Shown here in pieces: positions 17,324 through 27,762 of a DNA stretch of 64,000 bases; the stretch's first letter is position 1; the number at the start of each line of letters is the position of its first letter. Under the pieces are notes generated by a model that was given only the letters and a program-made list of their open reading frames with translations, had not been told where the DNA came from and searched no databases. This DNA comes from Bdellovibrionota bacterium (lineage in GTDB: Bacteria > Bdellovibrionota_C > UBA2361 > JBGSMV01), in the NCBI GenBank assembly GCA_044356455.1, contig JBIKWF010000001.1, positions 83,801-147,800 on the forward strand, read 5' to 3'. The translations under genes were made by a program, and so were the position numbers.

Positions 17324-19210
17324 TTAGGCGCCGAGGATCTTCTCGGGGATAGGGCCTCTGGTTCTAGAATCTTGTTCTACGAAGCCTTTGATAAGGTCGC
17401 CGATTTCAGCATCAGACCGCCTCGAGATATCCCTTTCGAGGCTGATAACCCAAGACATTGCATCGGTGGGGATTGCGGATTCCGAAACTACTCTGCTTAC
17501 CTTTGCAAAACGCGTACTCACCTTATGCTCTGAGGACTGGGTGAGTGATTCGCTAAGCTTCTCGCCGGGCCTTACGCCTGTGAATACGATGGGGAGATCT
17601 CGTCTTCCATAGAGCGCCAACATTTTTCGCGCTACATCAACAATCTTGATTGGCTTACCCATGTTGAGCAAGTAGACCTCACCGGACTGAGCAAGCGCTC
17701 CCGCAGTAAGGACAAGGCTTACGGCCTCTTTTATGGACATAAAGTAGCGTTCCATGTCGGGGTGCGTCACCGTGATGGGGCCACCGGAGGCGATCTGTTC
17801 TTTAAACAGAGGGATAACGCTCCCCGTGCTATTAATTACGTTTCCGAAACGTACGGCCGCGGCCGAAAAGAGTCGGTTTCCGGCTTCTGCAGCCTGGTGG
17901 CAAGCTTGGATAGTCAGCAGCTCCGCTACTCGTTTTGAGGCGCCCATGACGCTGCTCGGATCGACTGCTTTATCTGAGGAGATCAAGACAAATCTCCGCA
18001 CCCCGGCATGGAGAGAGAGACGGAGAAGGTTTCTTGTTCCGACGATATTATTTTGAAAAGCCTGATAACAATTCGCTTCTAGGAGTGGGACGTGTTTGAA
18101 GGCCGCCGCGTGAAGAACCAGCTCGGGTTTGTGGGTAGTAAAAAGAGACAGAAGCCGCGCTTCGTCGCAAATATTTCCTAGAAAATAGTGCGTATTAAGA
18201 GACGGGAAGGAGCGCTTTATTTCTTGTTCAAGCCGAAATAAATTGTACTCGCAGTTGTCGAGAAGTACTAATTTAGCGGGGGAAAATTGCGCTACTTGGC
18301 GCACGATTTCAGAGCCGATCGACCCTCCTGCGCCGGTAATGAGCACAACCAGCCCGCCGACGGCAGCGCGAACCTCCGCCTCGTGTTCGATGAAAACGTT
18401 CTTATCCAAGACTGCCTCAATAGAGGGCTGTGAATGCGGGTCCTCGGCATCAAGACACGCAATGTCTTCAAAAGACTGCAAGCGTTTGAGTGCTACTGAA
18501 AAATCCAAAGCCTGAGTGCGAAGTGCCTCAAAGCGCGCTTCTGAAAGTGATGGAATTGCGACGATAACTGCGGAAACGCGAGGAAACTGATGCAGCGTCA
18601 TTGGGAGATCTTCAAGGCGCCCTGCAACTTTCACGCCGTACACAGACATTCCTTGCAGGTAGTCGCTGTCATCAAGTACGGCGACTGGCAGGTAGCCAAA
18701 ACGTCTTTGGGAAAGCAAGGTTTTAACCAGCAAATGTCCGCTGTCGCCCGCGCCCAGGACAATCACCTCTCGACCGAGGCTTCTATGTTCGGTGGGGCTT
18801 CGAAGGAAGCGCTCGGCGGCCGAGCGCACAAGCATACGAAGCCCAAAGCTCATCATTAATGAAAGGACGAACTCAAAAAATATTACTGAGCGGGGAAAGT
18901 TTTCAACTCTAAGAAGGAAGATTGATGCAGTAAAAACAAGAGAAGATACCGCATGTCCTTTGACGAGGGTAAAGACGTCTCGTGAAGAGGTATAGCGCCA
19001 GTACCCTTCATTAAGCCCCCAGAATAGATAGGCCGCATTTCGAAGGCAAAGCAAAATCAGAAGCGGCAGCACGAACTGAGCGCGAAAAGTGTCCTCGAAA
19101 TTAAATTCAAAGCGCGTTGCAATAGCAAGCCAGAAGCCTGCTGCGGTGAGGCACACGTTGACCGCAAGAATGAGCGGAAGACGGAATCGCAAAAGGACGT
19201 CGGACTGCAT
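17324..19210 (-). CDS. Membrane-anchored UDP-GlcNAc 4,6-dehydratase (PglF/CapD/WbpM family)
   Basis: N-terminal TMs, GAGDSG, TGAGGSIGSE, HAAAFKHVP, SSDKAV, MGASKR, RFGNV..S.GSV.P.F. Confidence 0.95.
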   Translation of the reverse strand: MQSDVLLRFRLPLILAVNVCLTAAGFWLAIATRFEFNFEDTFRAQFVLPLLILLCLRNAAYLFWGLNEGYWRYTSSRDVFTLVKGHAVSSLVFTASIFLLRVENFPRSVIFFEFVLSLMMSFGLRMLVRSAAERFLRSPTEHRSLGREVIVLGAGDSGHLLVKTLLSQRRFGYLPVAVLDDSDYLQGMSVYGVKVAGRLEDLPMTLHQFPRVSAVIVAIPSLSEARFEALRTQALDFSVALKRLQSFEDIACLDAEDPHSQPSIEAVLDKNVFIEHEAEVRAAVGGLVVLITGAGGSIGSEIVRQVAQFSPAKLVLLDNCEYNLFRLEQEIKRSFPSLNTHYFLGNICDEARLLSLFTTHKPELVLHAAAFKHVPLLEANCYQAFQNNIVGTRNLLRLSLHAGVRRFVLISSDKAVDPSSVMGASKRVAELLTIQACHQAAEAGNRLFSAAAVRFGNVINSTGSVIPLFKEQIASGGPITVTHPDMERYFMSIKEAVSLVLTAGALAQSGEVYLLNMGKPIKIVDVARKMLALYGRRDLPIVFTGVRPGEKLSESLTQSSEHKVSTRFAKVSRVVSESAIPTDAMSWVISLERDISRRSDAEIGDLIKGFVEQDSRTRGPIPEKILGA

Positions 19211-19422
19211 GGATACTACATCAAATTTGGCTCATCCTATTCTCTACCGAGCCCAATCGCGTAGAAAGAGTCGCGTAGATAGAATTCCCTAGAAGCCGAG
19301 GGGGCATTTTCTTACCTAGATCTAATAGCCTAGTACGTCAGAATGTGGAATAGAAATAGCTCGCTGGTATTAACCTGAGCGTGGGGCTACTATCCTGGCT
19401 TAAGGCTTGTTGCAGGGGCTTT

Positions 19423-20187
19423 TTATTGAGCCGGATTCTGAGCCGGGCGCTCTGCTACCGGGATGTCTTGCCAGCCTGCCGGGCGAGTTTTTACCACCTT
19501 GGCGGGAGCCCCCACTACGGTTGAGTTATCTGGCACATCTGAAATTACCACAGCGCCGGCACCGACGACCGCCCATTCCCCGATACGTTTCCCTTCAATC
19601 ACCTTAGCTCCTGTTCCCACGGAAGATCCCGTGCCAATGGCCACGCAGCCTGAGATGTTTGCGCCTGGCGAGACTACCGCATAGGCGCCGATTGAAACGT
19701 CGTGACCAACGGTGCAAGAGAGGTTTATCATGGCATGTTCGGCGATGGTGATGTTGGTGGTGAGGATGTTCCCAGCGGTAATAATTATCCCAGAATCTCT
19801 CTTTTCAGGTTCACCGAGCCGCACTCGACTAGACATCTTTACGCTTGGATGGATGAGGTTAGGAAGGGTGGTCCAGGGGGGCAAGGAGAGGGCTACGCGC
19901 CTGCGAATTGCGGGCAAACCTATCCCAATCGCCACGGCGAGTCCTGTTTGTCTCAATTGATTGGGCGCCTCTGAAAAAAAGCGGGCGTCGAAAACAGGTA
20001 AGTCATCGATTTTAGGGGTGTGGGAGTCTGATTGTTTGTCGGTGTTGAGGAATCCGAGCAGGGAATACGTGGGACTTGTGGCGTTGATTTCGTCCACCAG
20101 CCAGCGCACTTCTCTACCGAACCCGCCGCTTCCAATAATAACAAGGGGGATAAGCGGGAGTTTCTGACTGTGCGGATTAGAATACAT
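19423..20187 (-). CDS. Sugar acetyltransferase, PglD/NeuD family
   Basis: IIGSGGFGREV, LIHPS, GHD and hexapeptide repeats, VGAPAK. Confidence 0.92.
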   Translation of the reverse strand: MYSNPHSQKLPLIPLVIIGSGGFGREVRWLVDEINATSPTYSLLGFLNTDKQSDSHTPKIDDLPVFDARFFSEAPNQLRQTGLAVAIGIGLPAIRRRVALSLPPWTTLPNLIHPSVKMSSRVRLGEPEKRDSGIIITAGNILTTNITIAEHAMINLSCTVGHDVSIGAYAVVSPGANISGCVAIGTGSSVGTGAKVIEGKRIGEWAVVGAGAVVISDVPDNSTVVGAPAKVVKTRPAGWQDIPVAERPAQNPAQ

Positions 20188-20197
20188 GGTTCTCTTC

Positions 20198-21361
20198 TCA
20201 GTTGTGCTGTTCTTTTGTCATGAGCCGTTCATACAAGTGCAGGAACTTGCCAGTAACCTCATGCCAGTCATGTTGCCGGGCCCACTCTTGGCCGCGCGAG
20301 GCTAGTCGCTGATAGAGCGCGCGGTCATCGAGAAGCATTTTGCAATGAGTGCGAGCGCCTAGAACATCCCCCTCGTGAGAAAGCAGGCCTGTTTCTTGGT
20401 GAATTACCGCGCTCGTGACGCCACCTGAAATGCTTCCCACTACGGGCAGGCCAGCAGCGCTTGCTTCCAAATACACGATTCCAAATCCTTCAAATTGCCA
20501 GTGCCGAGCCTGTGGCAGATGAAGATAGGCGAAAGCGTTAAGAAACTCGCGTGTGAGCGCCTCACCTCGCAGCTCGCCAGCGAACTCTACTTGTGACGCA
20601 ACGCCCTCTTGCGCAGCGAGTTTCTTTAGAACAGACAAATAGTCGGAAGATCCTCCCCCCACGATTCGGTAGACAACATCGCTCCGTTCGCGGAGTAGGG
20701 GAGCAATTGCTGCAATTGAGATATCAAAACCCTTGCGAGGCTTTAGTCCGCCTACGCCCAAAAAGACTTTCCGTGGGGCGCCCCAGCGGTCCGACTGAGT
20801 GGCCGATTTGTCTCGCTCTGAGCCGCTGAAGCGGGCGGACTCTACACCATTTGGTATAACAGAGGTGCGCTCCTCGAACCTATCGTCGCCCACCAGATTG
20901 ATAAGTAGGCTCCGAGTAAAGTCGCTTGGGGTGACAAAGTGGTCGCAGTGACTGAGGAGCTTCCGATAGCACCATCGACTGAGAGGTCTTTGAAACGGCA
21001 TTACGGCATAGGTGCCTTGTTCACCCAGGACAAACGGCAGCTCGGGGTGCCTAGAGACGGCGCGCGCGGCCGAGAGCGCGACGGGAGTCGAGAAAAGAGA
21101 GTGGACCACATCACAAGAGCTGACATCGATAGGGCGGCACCACAGCGCCTGAGCAATCGCCCGGGGAGAATACAGCAAGGCATCTGTGGGGAGACTATAC
21201 TCAACCTTTTCTGCCCAGCTTTCCGTGAGCACAGGGTGGGAGCGTGGCAGAAAAAGTTGAAACTGAATTCCCTTGGCGCTGAAACTCCGACAGATATTGA
21301 GGGTGATAGAGCCCCAGCCATTCGTTTCGTGAGCGTCGCAGGAGAAAAGGGCTATTTTCAT
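20198..21361 (-). CDS. Glycosyltransferase family 4
   Basis: IPNGV, RKG, EGFGIVYLEA...GLPVV. Confidence 0.92.
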   Translation of the reverse strand: MKIALFSCDAHETNGWGSITLNICRSFSAKGIQFQLFLPRSHPVLTESWAEKVEYSLPTDALLYSPRAIAQALWCRPIDVSSCDVVHSLFSTPVALSAARAVSRHPELPFVLGEQGTYAVMPFQRPLSRWCYRKLLSHCDHFVTPSDFTRSLLINLVGDDRFEERTSVIPNGVESARFSGSERDKSATQSDRWGAPRKVFLGVGGLKPRKGFDISIAAIAPLLRERSDVVYRIVGGGSSDYLSVLKKLAAQEGVASQVEFAGELRGEALTREFLNAFAYLHLPQARHWQFEGFGIVYLEASAAGLPVVGSISGGVTSAVIHQETGLLSHEGDVLGARTHCKMLLDDRALYQRLASRGQEWARQHDWHEVTGKFLHLYERLMTKEQHN

Positions 21362-22224
21362 GGGTTCCCTGAGGTTACCTCAAAAATCGTCCCAAACCCG
21401 AATGAAGAACCAAGTCGCTGCAGGAGAGGCGTTCTGACGGGTTTGAGTACATAGGGAATCCCAAGGCACTGAGGCACGACTCTTGAAACCAAAAGCCCTC
21501 GGGACCTTAGCCTTGCTGCGAATTTCCAAGGAAAGCGGAAGATGTGAACAAGCTGCTTGTTCCCCGCATAACCCTCATTGACTCCCTCGCTCCCCGCGAG
21601 AAAGGCAGCGCATACCCTAAGGAGCCCGAAGAGGGACGCAAAAGGCGAACGCCATGAAAAGGACCAATAGCAATTCCCTCCCAAGAGAGGCCAGGCATAA
21701 GGGCTCAGGCAGGTAGGTACCGCAAGCAGTCCTCGTTTCGACATGGTGCGCCGAACCTCATCTATCCCTTGGTCTATATCAGGCAGGTGCTCAAGCACGT
21801 GGTTCGAAACGATGGTCTCAAAGCTCCCGGGCAAAAACGGCAAGTGTGCTGAGTCGCCTACGAGAAAGTGAATGCGGTCCTGGAGCCCTTGGTCCTGGGC
21901 GTATTTCTTCGCTGCGGCAATATTGGCAAGAGAGTAATCGAGACCCACTACGGAGGCGCCCTTGAGGGTCATGAGGATCGAGAGCGTGCCTTCGCCGCAG
22001 CCATCGTCGAGCACCCTTTCCCCTGGGGACACAAGGCGAACGAGAGTGTCATAGACCTCGCGGTGTACTGCACGGCGGATCGGAAAGGAGGAGTTAAATC
22101 GCTTCGCAAAAATTTCATCGTGATGATGTTTGTAGAACTCTTTGGTCTTCGAGAGTTGGTCGTGAGAGGGGCCGCCTGTGTCGGTGCGCTCAGGAACCTC
22201 GTGTGTGGTGCGAATCGTGTTCAA
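21358..22224 (-). CDS. Class I SAM-dependent methyltransferase
   Basis: VLDDGCGEG, GD..HLPF, HVLEH. Confidence 0.88.
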   Translation of the reverse strand: MNTIRTTHEVPERTDTGGPSHDQLSKTKEFYKHHHDEIFAKRFNSSFPIRRAVHREVYDTLVRLVSPGERVLDDGCGEGTLSILMTLKGASVVGLDYSLANIAAAKKYAQDQGLQDRIHFLVGDSAHLPFLPGSFETIVSNHVLEHLPDIDQGIDEVRRTMSKRGLLAVPTCLSPYAWPLLGGNCYWSFSWRSPFASLFGLLRVCAAFLAGSEGVNEGYAGNKQLVHIFRFPWKFAARLRSRGLLVSRVVPQCLGIPYVLKPVRTPLLQRLGSSFGFGTIFEVTSGNP

Positions 22225-23370
22225 TCAAAGCTCCATTTGTGAAATAAGGTCAGCATTCACGAAGCTCACATCAAATTGTTGCTTGGCAATTGTCAATCCC
22301 TTGCGTCCCATTTCTTGGGCCAATTCTCTCGATAAGAGGAGAATTTCCATGGCGTCGGCGAGGGCTTTGGGATCACGAGCGGGAACCAGCAAGCCGTTTA
22401 CCCCGTTGGTAACCGCGTGACGGCAGCCGGGGACGTCCGATGCAATAACCGCCCTTCCAAGGGCCATGGCTTCTAAGACGCTACGGGGCATCCCTTCGCG
22501 GTAGCTGGGAAGAACTAGGGTTAAACTTTGGGCAAGGAAGGGTCGAACGTCCTCGACCTGCCCTCGAAATTCTGCAATCCCTTTCTTTCGCCATTGAGCA
22601 AGTTCATCTTCTGAGAGTGAGGTAGGGTTCGAGTCCCGCTCGCCGAGAATAATGGCGCGTGGTGCGTGGCCTTTGGCACGCAAGATATCGAGGGCACCTA
22701 AGAACTCTCGAATGCCTTTGTCGGCGAGAAGACGTCCGATAAAAATAAAGTCGAATGCAAGCTGCGCGTCAGGAATGGGATGATAATGAGTGAGATCGAT
22801 TCCGGATCCGCCGATCACACGAGCCTTTTCTGAGGGGCAAATTCCTTTGGACACAAACAAATCGCGGTCGTCCGAGTTGTGATAGAAGACCAGAGCGTTT
22901 CTTCGAATCGCCAGTCGATAAGCAAGGCAGGCCATTGAAGATAACATTCTTCCCCTGAGGCCACTTTGTAGGAATAGGAATCCAAGCCCCGTCACCATGG
23001 AGTAAATTCTGATAGAGGAGTCGCGTGGAATAAGCAGGGAGCCAAAGACCACGGGCTTTGCCCCATAGAGGAAGACTACCGTAGGGGAGAATCGCGCGAT
23101 GGCTTTCCGAATAGCACGAAACCCAGCTCTATCGAGAAGTGGATTCAGGCCGGTACGCCTGAGGTGGGAATTCTCGAACGGTATTCCCAGACCTTCAAGG
23201 TGGGAGAGTGCCTTTTGCTCGTCGCCCCTGGGGATAGACGTCGACCCTGAGGCCATAGTAGTGACAGTATGGCCCCGGCGAACGAGGTCTCGAAGAAACG
23301 GAAGCCGAAAGTTGGTAAGGGACTGAGGAATAGTCCCAATGATGAGAATTCGTTCCTTGCTCAAACGCAT
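22225..23370 (-). CDS. Glycosyltransferase family 4 (PglA/CapM-like)
   Basis: NFR, KP...G, TGLG, GSGID, RLL.DKG..EF, LPSYREGMPRSVLEA, DVPGC; start trimmed to MRLSKE. Confidence 0.92.
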   Translation of the reverse strand: MRLSKERILIIGTIPQSLTNFRLPFLRDLVRRGHTVTTMASGSTSIPRGDEQKALSHLEGLGIPFENSHLRRTGLNPLLDRAGFRAIRKAIARFSPTVVFLYGAKPVVFGSLLIPRDSSIRIYSMVTGLGFLFLQSGLRGRMLSSMACLAYRLAIRRNALVFYHNSDDRDLFVSKGICPSEKARVIGGSGIDLTHYHPIPDAQLAFDFIFIGRLLADKGIREFLGALDILRAKGHAPRAIILGERDSNPTSLSEDELAQWRKKGIAEFRGQVEDVRPFLAQSLTLVLPSYREGMPRSVLEAMALGRAVIASDVPGCRHAVTNGVNGLLVPARDPKALADAMEILLLSRELAQEMGRKGLTIAKQQFDVSFVNADLISQMEL

Positions 23371-23577
23371 ACTTCTAGGCTGGTCCGCGAGGGGGGTTGG
23401 CGCTACTACTTGAGCAGAGTTGTGGTGGAGTTCCGGGGGCGCGGTGTGTTTGAGTAGCGCCGCCGACTTTGAAGCCGAGCCAGCGAGAACAGTATCGGCG
23501 TTCTGCTTTGAGGCAGGGTCCTTCCCGGAATACAAAAGAGAATTATCTGAAGAATCAGTAGTAAGGGCCTTGGGCGT

Positions 23578-25410
23578 ATGTGCGGAATTCACGGCTTCTC
23601 CTTTGGTGACGACGAGCTCATTCGCAAGATGGTCGAAAGCACCACGCACCGTGGCCCAGACGCTTCCGGAGTTTTTGTGTCCACCCAGGTTTCCTTGGGC
23701 CACAATCGCCTTCGAATTATAGATCTGTCGGAGCGCGCGTCGCAACCGATGAGGAGTGCCAGCGGTCGCTTCTCCTTAGTCTTTAACGGCGAGATATACA
23801 ATTATCGTGAACTTCGGGCGGAGCTCAGCTATCCTTTTAAAAGCGAAAGCGATACCGAGGTGATACTTGCGTTGTTTGAGCGGTACGGGACGGACGCTCT
23901 CAAACGACTCCAGGGGATCTTTGCTCTTGGGGTTCATGACTCAGAAAGTAACGAGATCATCCTGGCTCGCGATCCTCTCGGAGTAAAGCCTCTTGTTTAT
24001 ACCGTTTTGCCTTCGGGCGGCTTGGTATTCGCCTCGGAAGCAAAGAGTTTGCTTGAGCATGACATCCCTCGGCGTATCAATCGGCAAGGGTTAGGGGCGT
24101 ATCTCACTCTTCAGTACGTTCCTGGTGTGGAAAGTCTCATTGAAGGAATTCGTAAGCTCCCTCCAGGAACTATGTTGCGCTGGCGGGAGGGGCGATTGGC
24201 CTTAGAATCGTTTGTTCCACCCGAGCCTCAGGTGCTGAAGAGATCCCGTTCTGAGGAGGATGAGCTGATTCGCTCAACAATTTATCAGGCAGTCATATCT
24301 CAGCTTGTTTCTGATAGGCCTGTGGGCATATTCCTTTCTGGGGGAATCGACTCGACAGTTCTTCTTAACTGCGTGGCCCGGAGAGGAATTCGTTTGAAAA
24401 CCTTCTCTTTGGGCTTCGAACTTGAAGCAGGTGAGCAGCCTGATAAGTTCAATGCCGATCTTGCCCTTGCCCGTAAGAATTCTCAGTTCTACGGAACCGA
24501 GCACTCGGAATACATACTTTCAGCGCAGGACTTTCAGGCGGCGCTGCCTCGCATTGCCTGGCATATCGACGACCCTGTGGGCAATCCTACGACGGTTGCG
24601 ATGTGGGCGCTCTCGAAACAAACAAAGGGTAGCGTCGACGTAGCCCTGAATGGGAGTGGAGGCGATGAACTTTTCGGTGGGTATCCGCGCTACCAGAAAA
24701 GCTTGTTACTTTCCGCATACGGAAAGATACCGGCATTTTTGCGGCGGTATCTAGATTCGGTCTTGCCACAAGGCAAGGCGGCCCGCCTTTCTGGGGCCAA
24801 GCGCTATGCGCGCTTTATGTTTCGGCCTGAAGAACAAGTTTCTAGCGTTCTGATGCCGGGCGTTTTTTCAATGGGGACTCTCTATTCCTTGTTTCAGTCT
24901 GAATTTGAGGTGCCGAGGAGTCCTCACGCAAAATGCTTTGATGAAATATTTCCCCTGGTGGACAGAAAATTCTGGCTTGTAGATGAGTCGCTTACGAGTC
25001 TCGACAGGATGTCAATGGCCGCGGCGCTCGAAGTTCGCGTTCCGCTCTTGGACCAGCGTGTGGTTGCTCTTGCCGACTCAATTCCGCATCTGCGCAAGGT
25101 TTCCATGAGAGACACGAAGATCGCGCTTAAGAGAGCTTTCCGAGATGAGCTGCCGCAAGAGATTCTTGCCCAGCCTAAGCGCGGGTGGTTCTCTCCGTTC
25201 TCTAAGTGGATGCGCAGAAAAGAGTTCTATGAGTTTGCGCAGGACGTCGTGCGACCCGAATTCTATTCTACAACGGCGGAGCTCTTTAACTGGAAGTACC
25301 TACGAAGCCTTATGGAAGAGCACCGCTCGGGCCGGGGTTACCATCCTTCGCTTCTCTATAGCATGATTATCCTTCAGCTCTGGCAGAAGCGCTTTCAGGT
25401 TACGCTGTGA
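23578..25410 (+). CDS. asnB: Asparagine synthase-like glutamine amidotransferase, copy 1
   Basis: MCGI, HRGPD, RL.IID, NGEIYN, SDTE, LSGGIDS, G.GGDE.FGGY, E.RVP.LD. Confidence 0.92.
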   Translation: MCGIHGFSFGDDELIRKMVESTTHRGPDASGVFVSTQVSLGHNRLRIIDLSERASQPMRSASGRFSLVFNGEIYNYRELRAELSYPFKSESDTEVILALFERYGTDALKRLQGIFALGVHDSESNEIILARDPLGVKPLVYTVLPSGGLVFASEAKSLLEHDIPRRINRQGLGAYLTLQYVPGVESLIEGIRKLPPGTMLRWREGRLALESFVPPEPQVLKRSRSEEDELIRSTIYQAVISQLVSDRPVGIFLSGGIDSTVLLNCVARRGIRLKTFSLGFELEAGEQPDKFNADLALARKNSQFYGTEHSEYILSAQDFQAALPRIAWHIDDPVGNPTTVAMWALSKQTKGSVDVALNGSGGDELFGGYPRYQKSLLLSAYGKIPAFLRRYLDSVLPQGKAARLSGAKRYARFMFRPEEQVSSVLMPGVFSMGTLYSLFQSEFEVPRSPHAKCFDEIFPLVDRKFWLVDESLTSLDRMSMAAALEVRVPLLDQRVVALADSIPHLRKVSMRDTKIALKRAFRDELPQEILAQPKRGWFSPFSKWMRRKEFYEFAQDVVRPEFYSTTAELFNWKYLRSLMEEHRSGRGYHPSLLYSMIILQLWQKRFQVTL

Positions 25411-25427
25411 TTCACGGTTTGTGATTT

Positions 25428-25553
25428 GGAGCGCACCGGAGGGCGACGCTGCGTAGGCGGCGCTCGTAGGTGCGCGATGTTGGAAATCTGCCTGGATGGC
25501 GGGCTTTCCAACGCAGTCTCACGGACCCGTAAGGGATCCCGTGAGACCTGACG
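25428..25553. repeat. Dispersed three-hairpin element, copy 2
   Basis: Aligns with 4939-5064; fills the gap between convergent genes. Confidence 0.85.
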
Positions 25554-25554
25554 T

Positions 25555-26343
25555 TTAGGGAAGGTGTTTTACGAAGAGCAGGTCTGCATGTGCGAGTGGC
25601 CCGCCGCGGCGCGCATCTGCAGCGCCGACGATGTCATACAAAGTAAAGCCATGACTCTCCAGAAGTGAGAGGAGCAACGAGAGCGTGCTTGGCGAAGGGG
25701 AGGAGGGGCCCACGCTGCGCTCGCAAGGGCTCAGGGGATGAAGGGTTGCTGCGTCTTCCGCTGGCGCCTCATTTTTAGGGCAAGTCCAAAGTGAGGTCTC
25801 GACAAGAACTACCTCCACATGAGCAAGGAACGATTGGGCTCCGCGCAGAACTTCGATTTCAGCCCCTTCCACATCGATCTTAAGAAGGATCGGAGTCGGC
25901 AGATGGCTAAGATTCAGAGAATCAAGTCTCGTTATTTTCACCTCGCGCTCGGTGGTGACGATTCCCTTGCGAGGGGCGGTTTCTCTAAGGGTTGATTTGC
26001 GAGGGTCAGAACTAACCCGAAAAGTAGCGGTACCGTCGTGGCTGCCCACGGCGACCGTGTGGAACTCTCCCTTGCGGTGCTGCACTATTTGCATCAAGTG
26101 GGGCCTGTACTCTTCGGCTGCTTCCAGTAAATATAGATAGGCCTCGGGAAACGCTTCATAGAGTTCAGGAGTTCCCTCTGCTACACCGACATCGACTATT
26201 GAAGCGGGGGAGAAGCGCCTCGCGCGAAGATTCACAAGAGCCTCGGACACCGAGCGAAAGGGGATATTCGATCGTGTGAGACGGAATCCAAACTTAAGGA
26301 ATACGCTTTTTATGAAGCGAGTGAAATTGCCTCCAAAAATCAT
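25555..26343 (-). CDS. FkbM-family methyltransferase
   Basis: IVDVG...G, LD, LLKIDVEGAE..VL.G, D.LF. Confidence 0.9.
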   Translation of the reverse strand: MIFGGNFTRFIKSVFLKFGFRLTRSNIPFRSVSEALVNLRARRFSPASIVDVGVAEGTPELYEAFPEAYLYLLEAAEEYRPHLMQIVQHRKGEFHTVAVGSHDGTATFRVSSDPRKSTLRETAPRKGIVTTEREVKITRLDSLNLSHLPTPILLKIDVEGAEIEVLRGAQSFLAHVEVVLVETSLWTCPKNEAPAEDAATLHPLSPCERSVGPSSPSPSTLSLLLSLLESHGFTLYDIVGAADARRGGPLAHADLLFVKHLP

Positions 26344-26406
26344 GAGAGCCTCGGTCGAAGTGTAGAGAGGAGCATGGGAGCAGAAATTTCAGTCATTGAA
26401 CCTCCG

Positions 26407-27579
26407 TTAATTCTGGGAAGTGCGGCAAGTGCCGAACGAGTTTACTATTCGCGCAACGAGCGGCCCAAGCGCATGCTCGCGCACCACGATATCTCGCAGC
26501 TTCATCCCCACTAGTTGTCGCTCCTGTGGGTCAAGTTTTGCGAGCTGAACTATCCCTTGAGCGATAGAGTCGGGGGAACTCTCTACTACTAATTCTCCGA
26601 GCCCGGAGACCCCCAACACGCTTGCGTACTGCTTCGCCCCGAGAACGGGAACTGCACAAGCCATACCTTCGAGCAGACTTTTGTCGAGGGATGTATTGGA
26701 GGAGACGTTAACAACGCAGCCCGCCGCTCTAATCTTTGCGGGCAGCAAGGTCCGCGGAACGGAGCCGCAAAAGGTTACCCTGGCATCAATACCGCATGAG
26801 CAGGCAAGAGCGTGCAGGGACTCCTGGTAGCTGAGATCCTGTGCGCCTTGAGGAGCTCCCACAAAGTGGATTTCTATGCAGAAAGCGCGCCTGGTCTGGT
26901 CGGGAATAACCGCAAGGGCATTGATAACAAGCTCCAGTTCCTTGATAGGGCTGATTCTCCCAATGACAAGAACGATAAAAGGGGCCGCACGCTTCGATAG
27001 CTCGAGCAGCTCTTGCGGGTCTCGGGAGCCTGAGGGAGCAGGGGAGAAAAGGTCGATGTCAATTCCATGCCCCATGGGGACTACCTTCGGTGATTCCAGT
27101 CGGCACCCACCAGCGTTCGATGTAAAGATTGCCGAGCACCACCATGCTGCGATTCTAAGCGATGGAGTCACTGATTGATGCGCATACCAAAGGCCGAGCG
27201 GAACCCTGAGAAGTTTCGTAAGCGGACCAACGAGGGCAGCCGCAACTTGATTCATGTGCGAGAAAGCGAGCGTGTAGGGCTTAGAGCGAAGGAGAGAGTA
27301 TGCTGTCCAAATTAGCTGTGCCGCACGCAGGGCTTTAGAGCTACGCTTCGGAACTACGTGCACGCGAACGTGCGTTGGAGGGCGGTAATTCCCTAGACGG
27401 AAAGTAACGACATCAACCTCGTCAAAATCCTCCGCAAATTGGTTTGTCCAGCGGCATGCGAAAGAAAGAATAGGGTCCGATTCATCGAGCGCAAGGTTAA
27501 AATAGAGTAGGCGCCGAATGGGCTCCGGAGGGCCGCCAGGGGGATGGCCTTCGCTGCTCGAGCGGGACTCAGCTTTCAT
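26407..27579 (-). CDS. Glycosyltransferase family 4
   Basis: WYAH, GHGID, GRISPIK, SLDK..LE.MAC. Confidence 0.88.
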   Translation of the reverse strand: MKAESRSSSEGHPPGGPPEPIRRLLYFNLALDESDPILSFACRWTNQFAEDFDEVDVVTFRLGNYRPPTHVRVHVVPKRSSKALRAAQLIWTAYSLLRSKPYTLAFSHMNQVAAALVGPLTKLLRVPLGLWYAHQSVTPSLRIAAWWCSAIFTSNAGGCRLESPKVVPMGHGIDIDLFSPAPSGSRDPQELLELSKRAAPFIVLVIGRISPIKELELVINALAVIPDQTRRAFCIEIHFVGAPQGAQDLSYQESLHALACSCGIDARVTFCGSVPRTLLPAKIRAAGCVVNVSSNTSLDKSLLEGMACAVPVLGAKQYASVLGVSGLGELVVESSPDSIAQGIVQLAKLDPQERQLVGMKLRDIVVREHALGPLVARIVNSFGTCRTSQN

Positions 27580-27762
27580 ATGCACACTACTAAGACTTGT
27601 GCGTGTTCCATTCCGGGTCAGGTGAAGCTAGCTCCGCGCACGCATAAGAGCCGAAGCGGGAAAGATTCGCAGACACAGCACGATTGCACGACAAGGGGCA
27701 TCCGTTGGATACTAAACACTAGCGAGAAACGAAATTGGTTCGTAAGAGTTTAAGCCCTTCTT

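Noticed and set aside
23371..23745. N-terminal extension of the 506-aa GT ORF
   Set aside because: It overlaps asnB copy 1 on the opposite strand; the GT fold begins at MRLSKE (23370).
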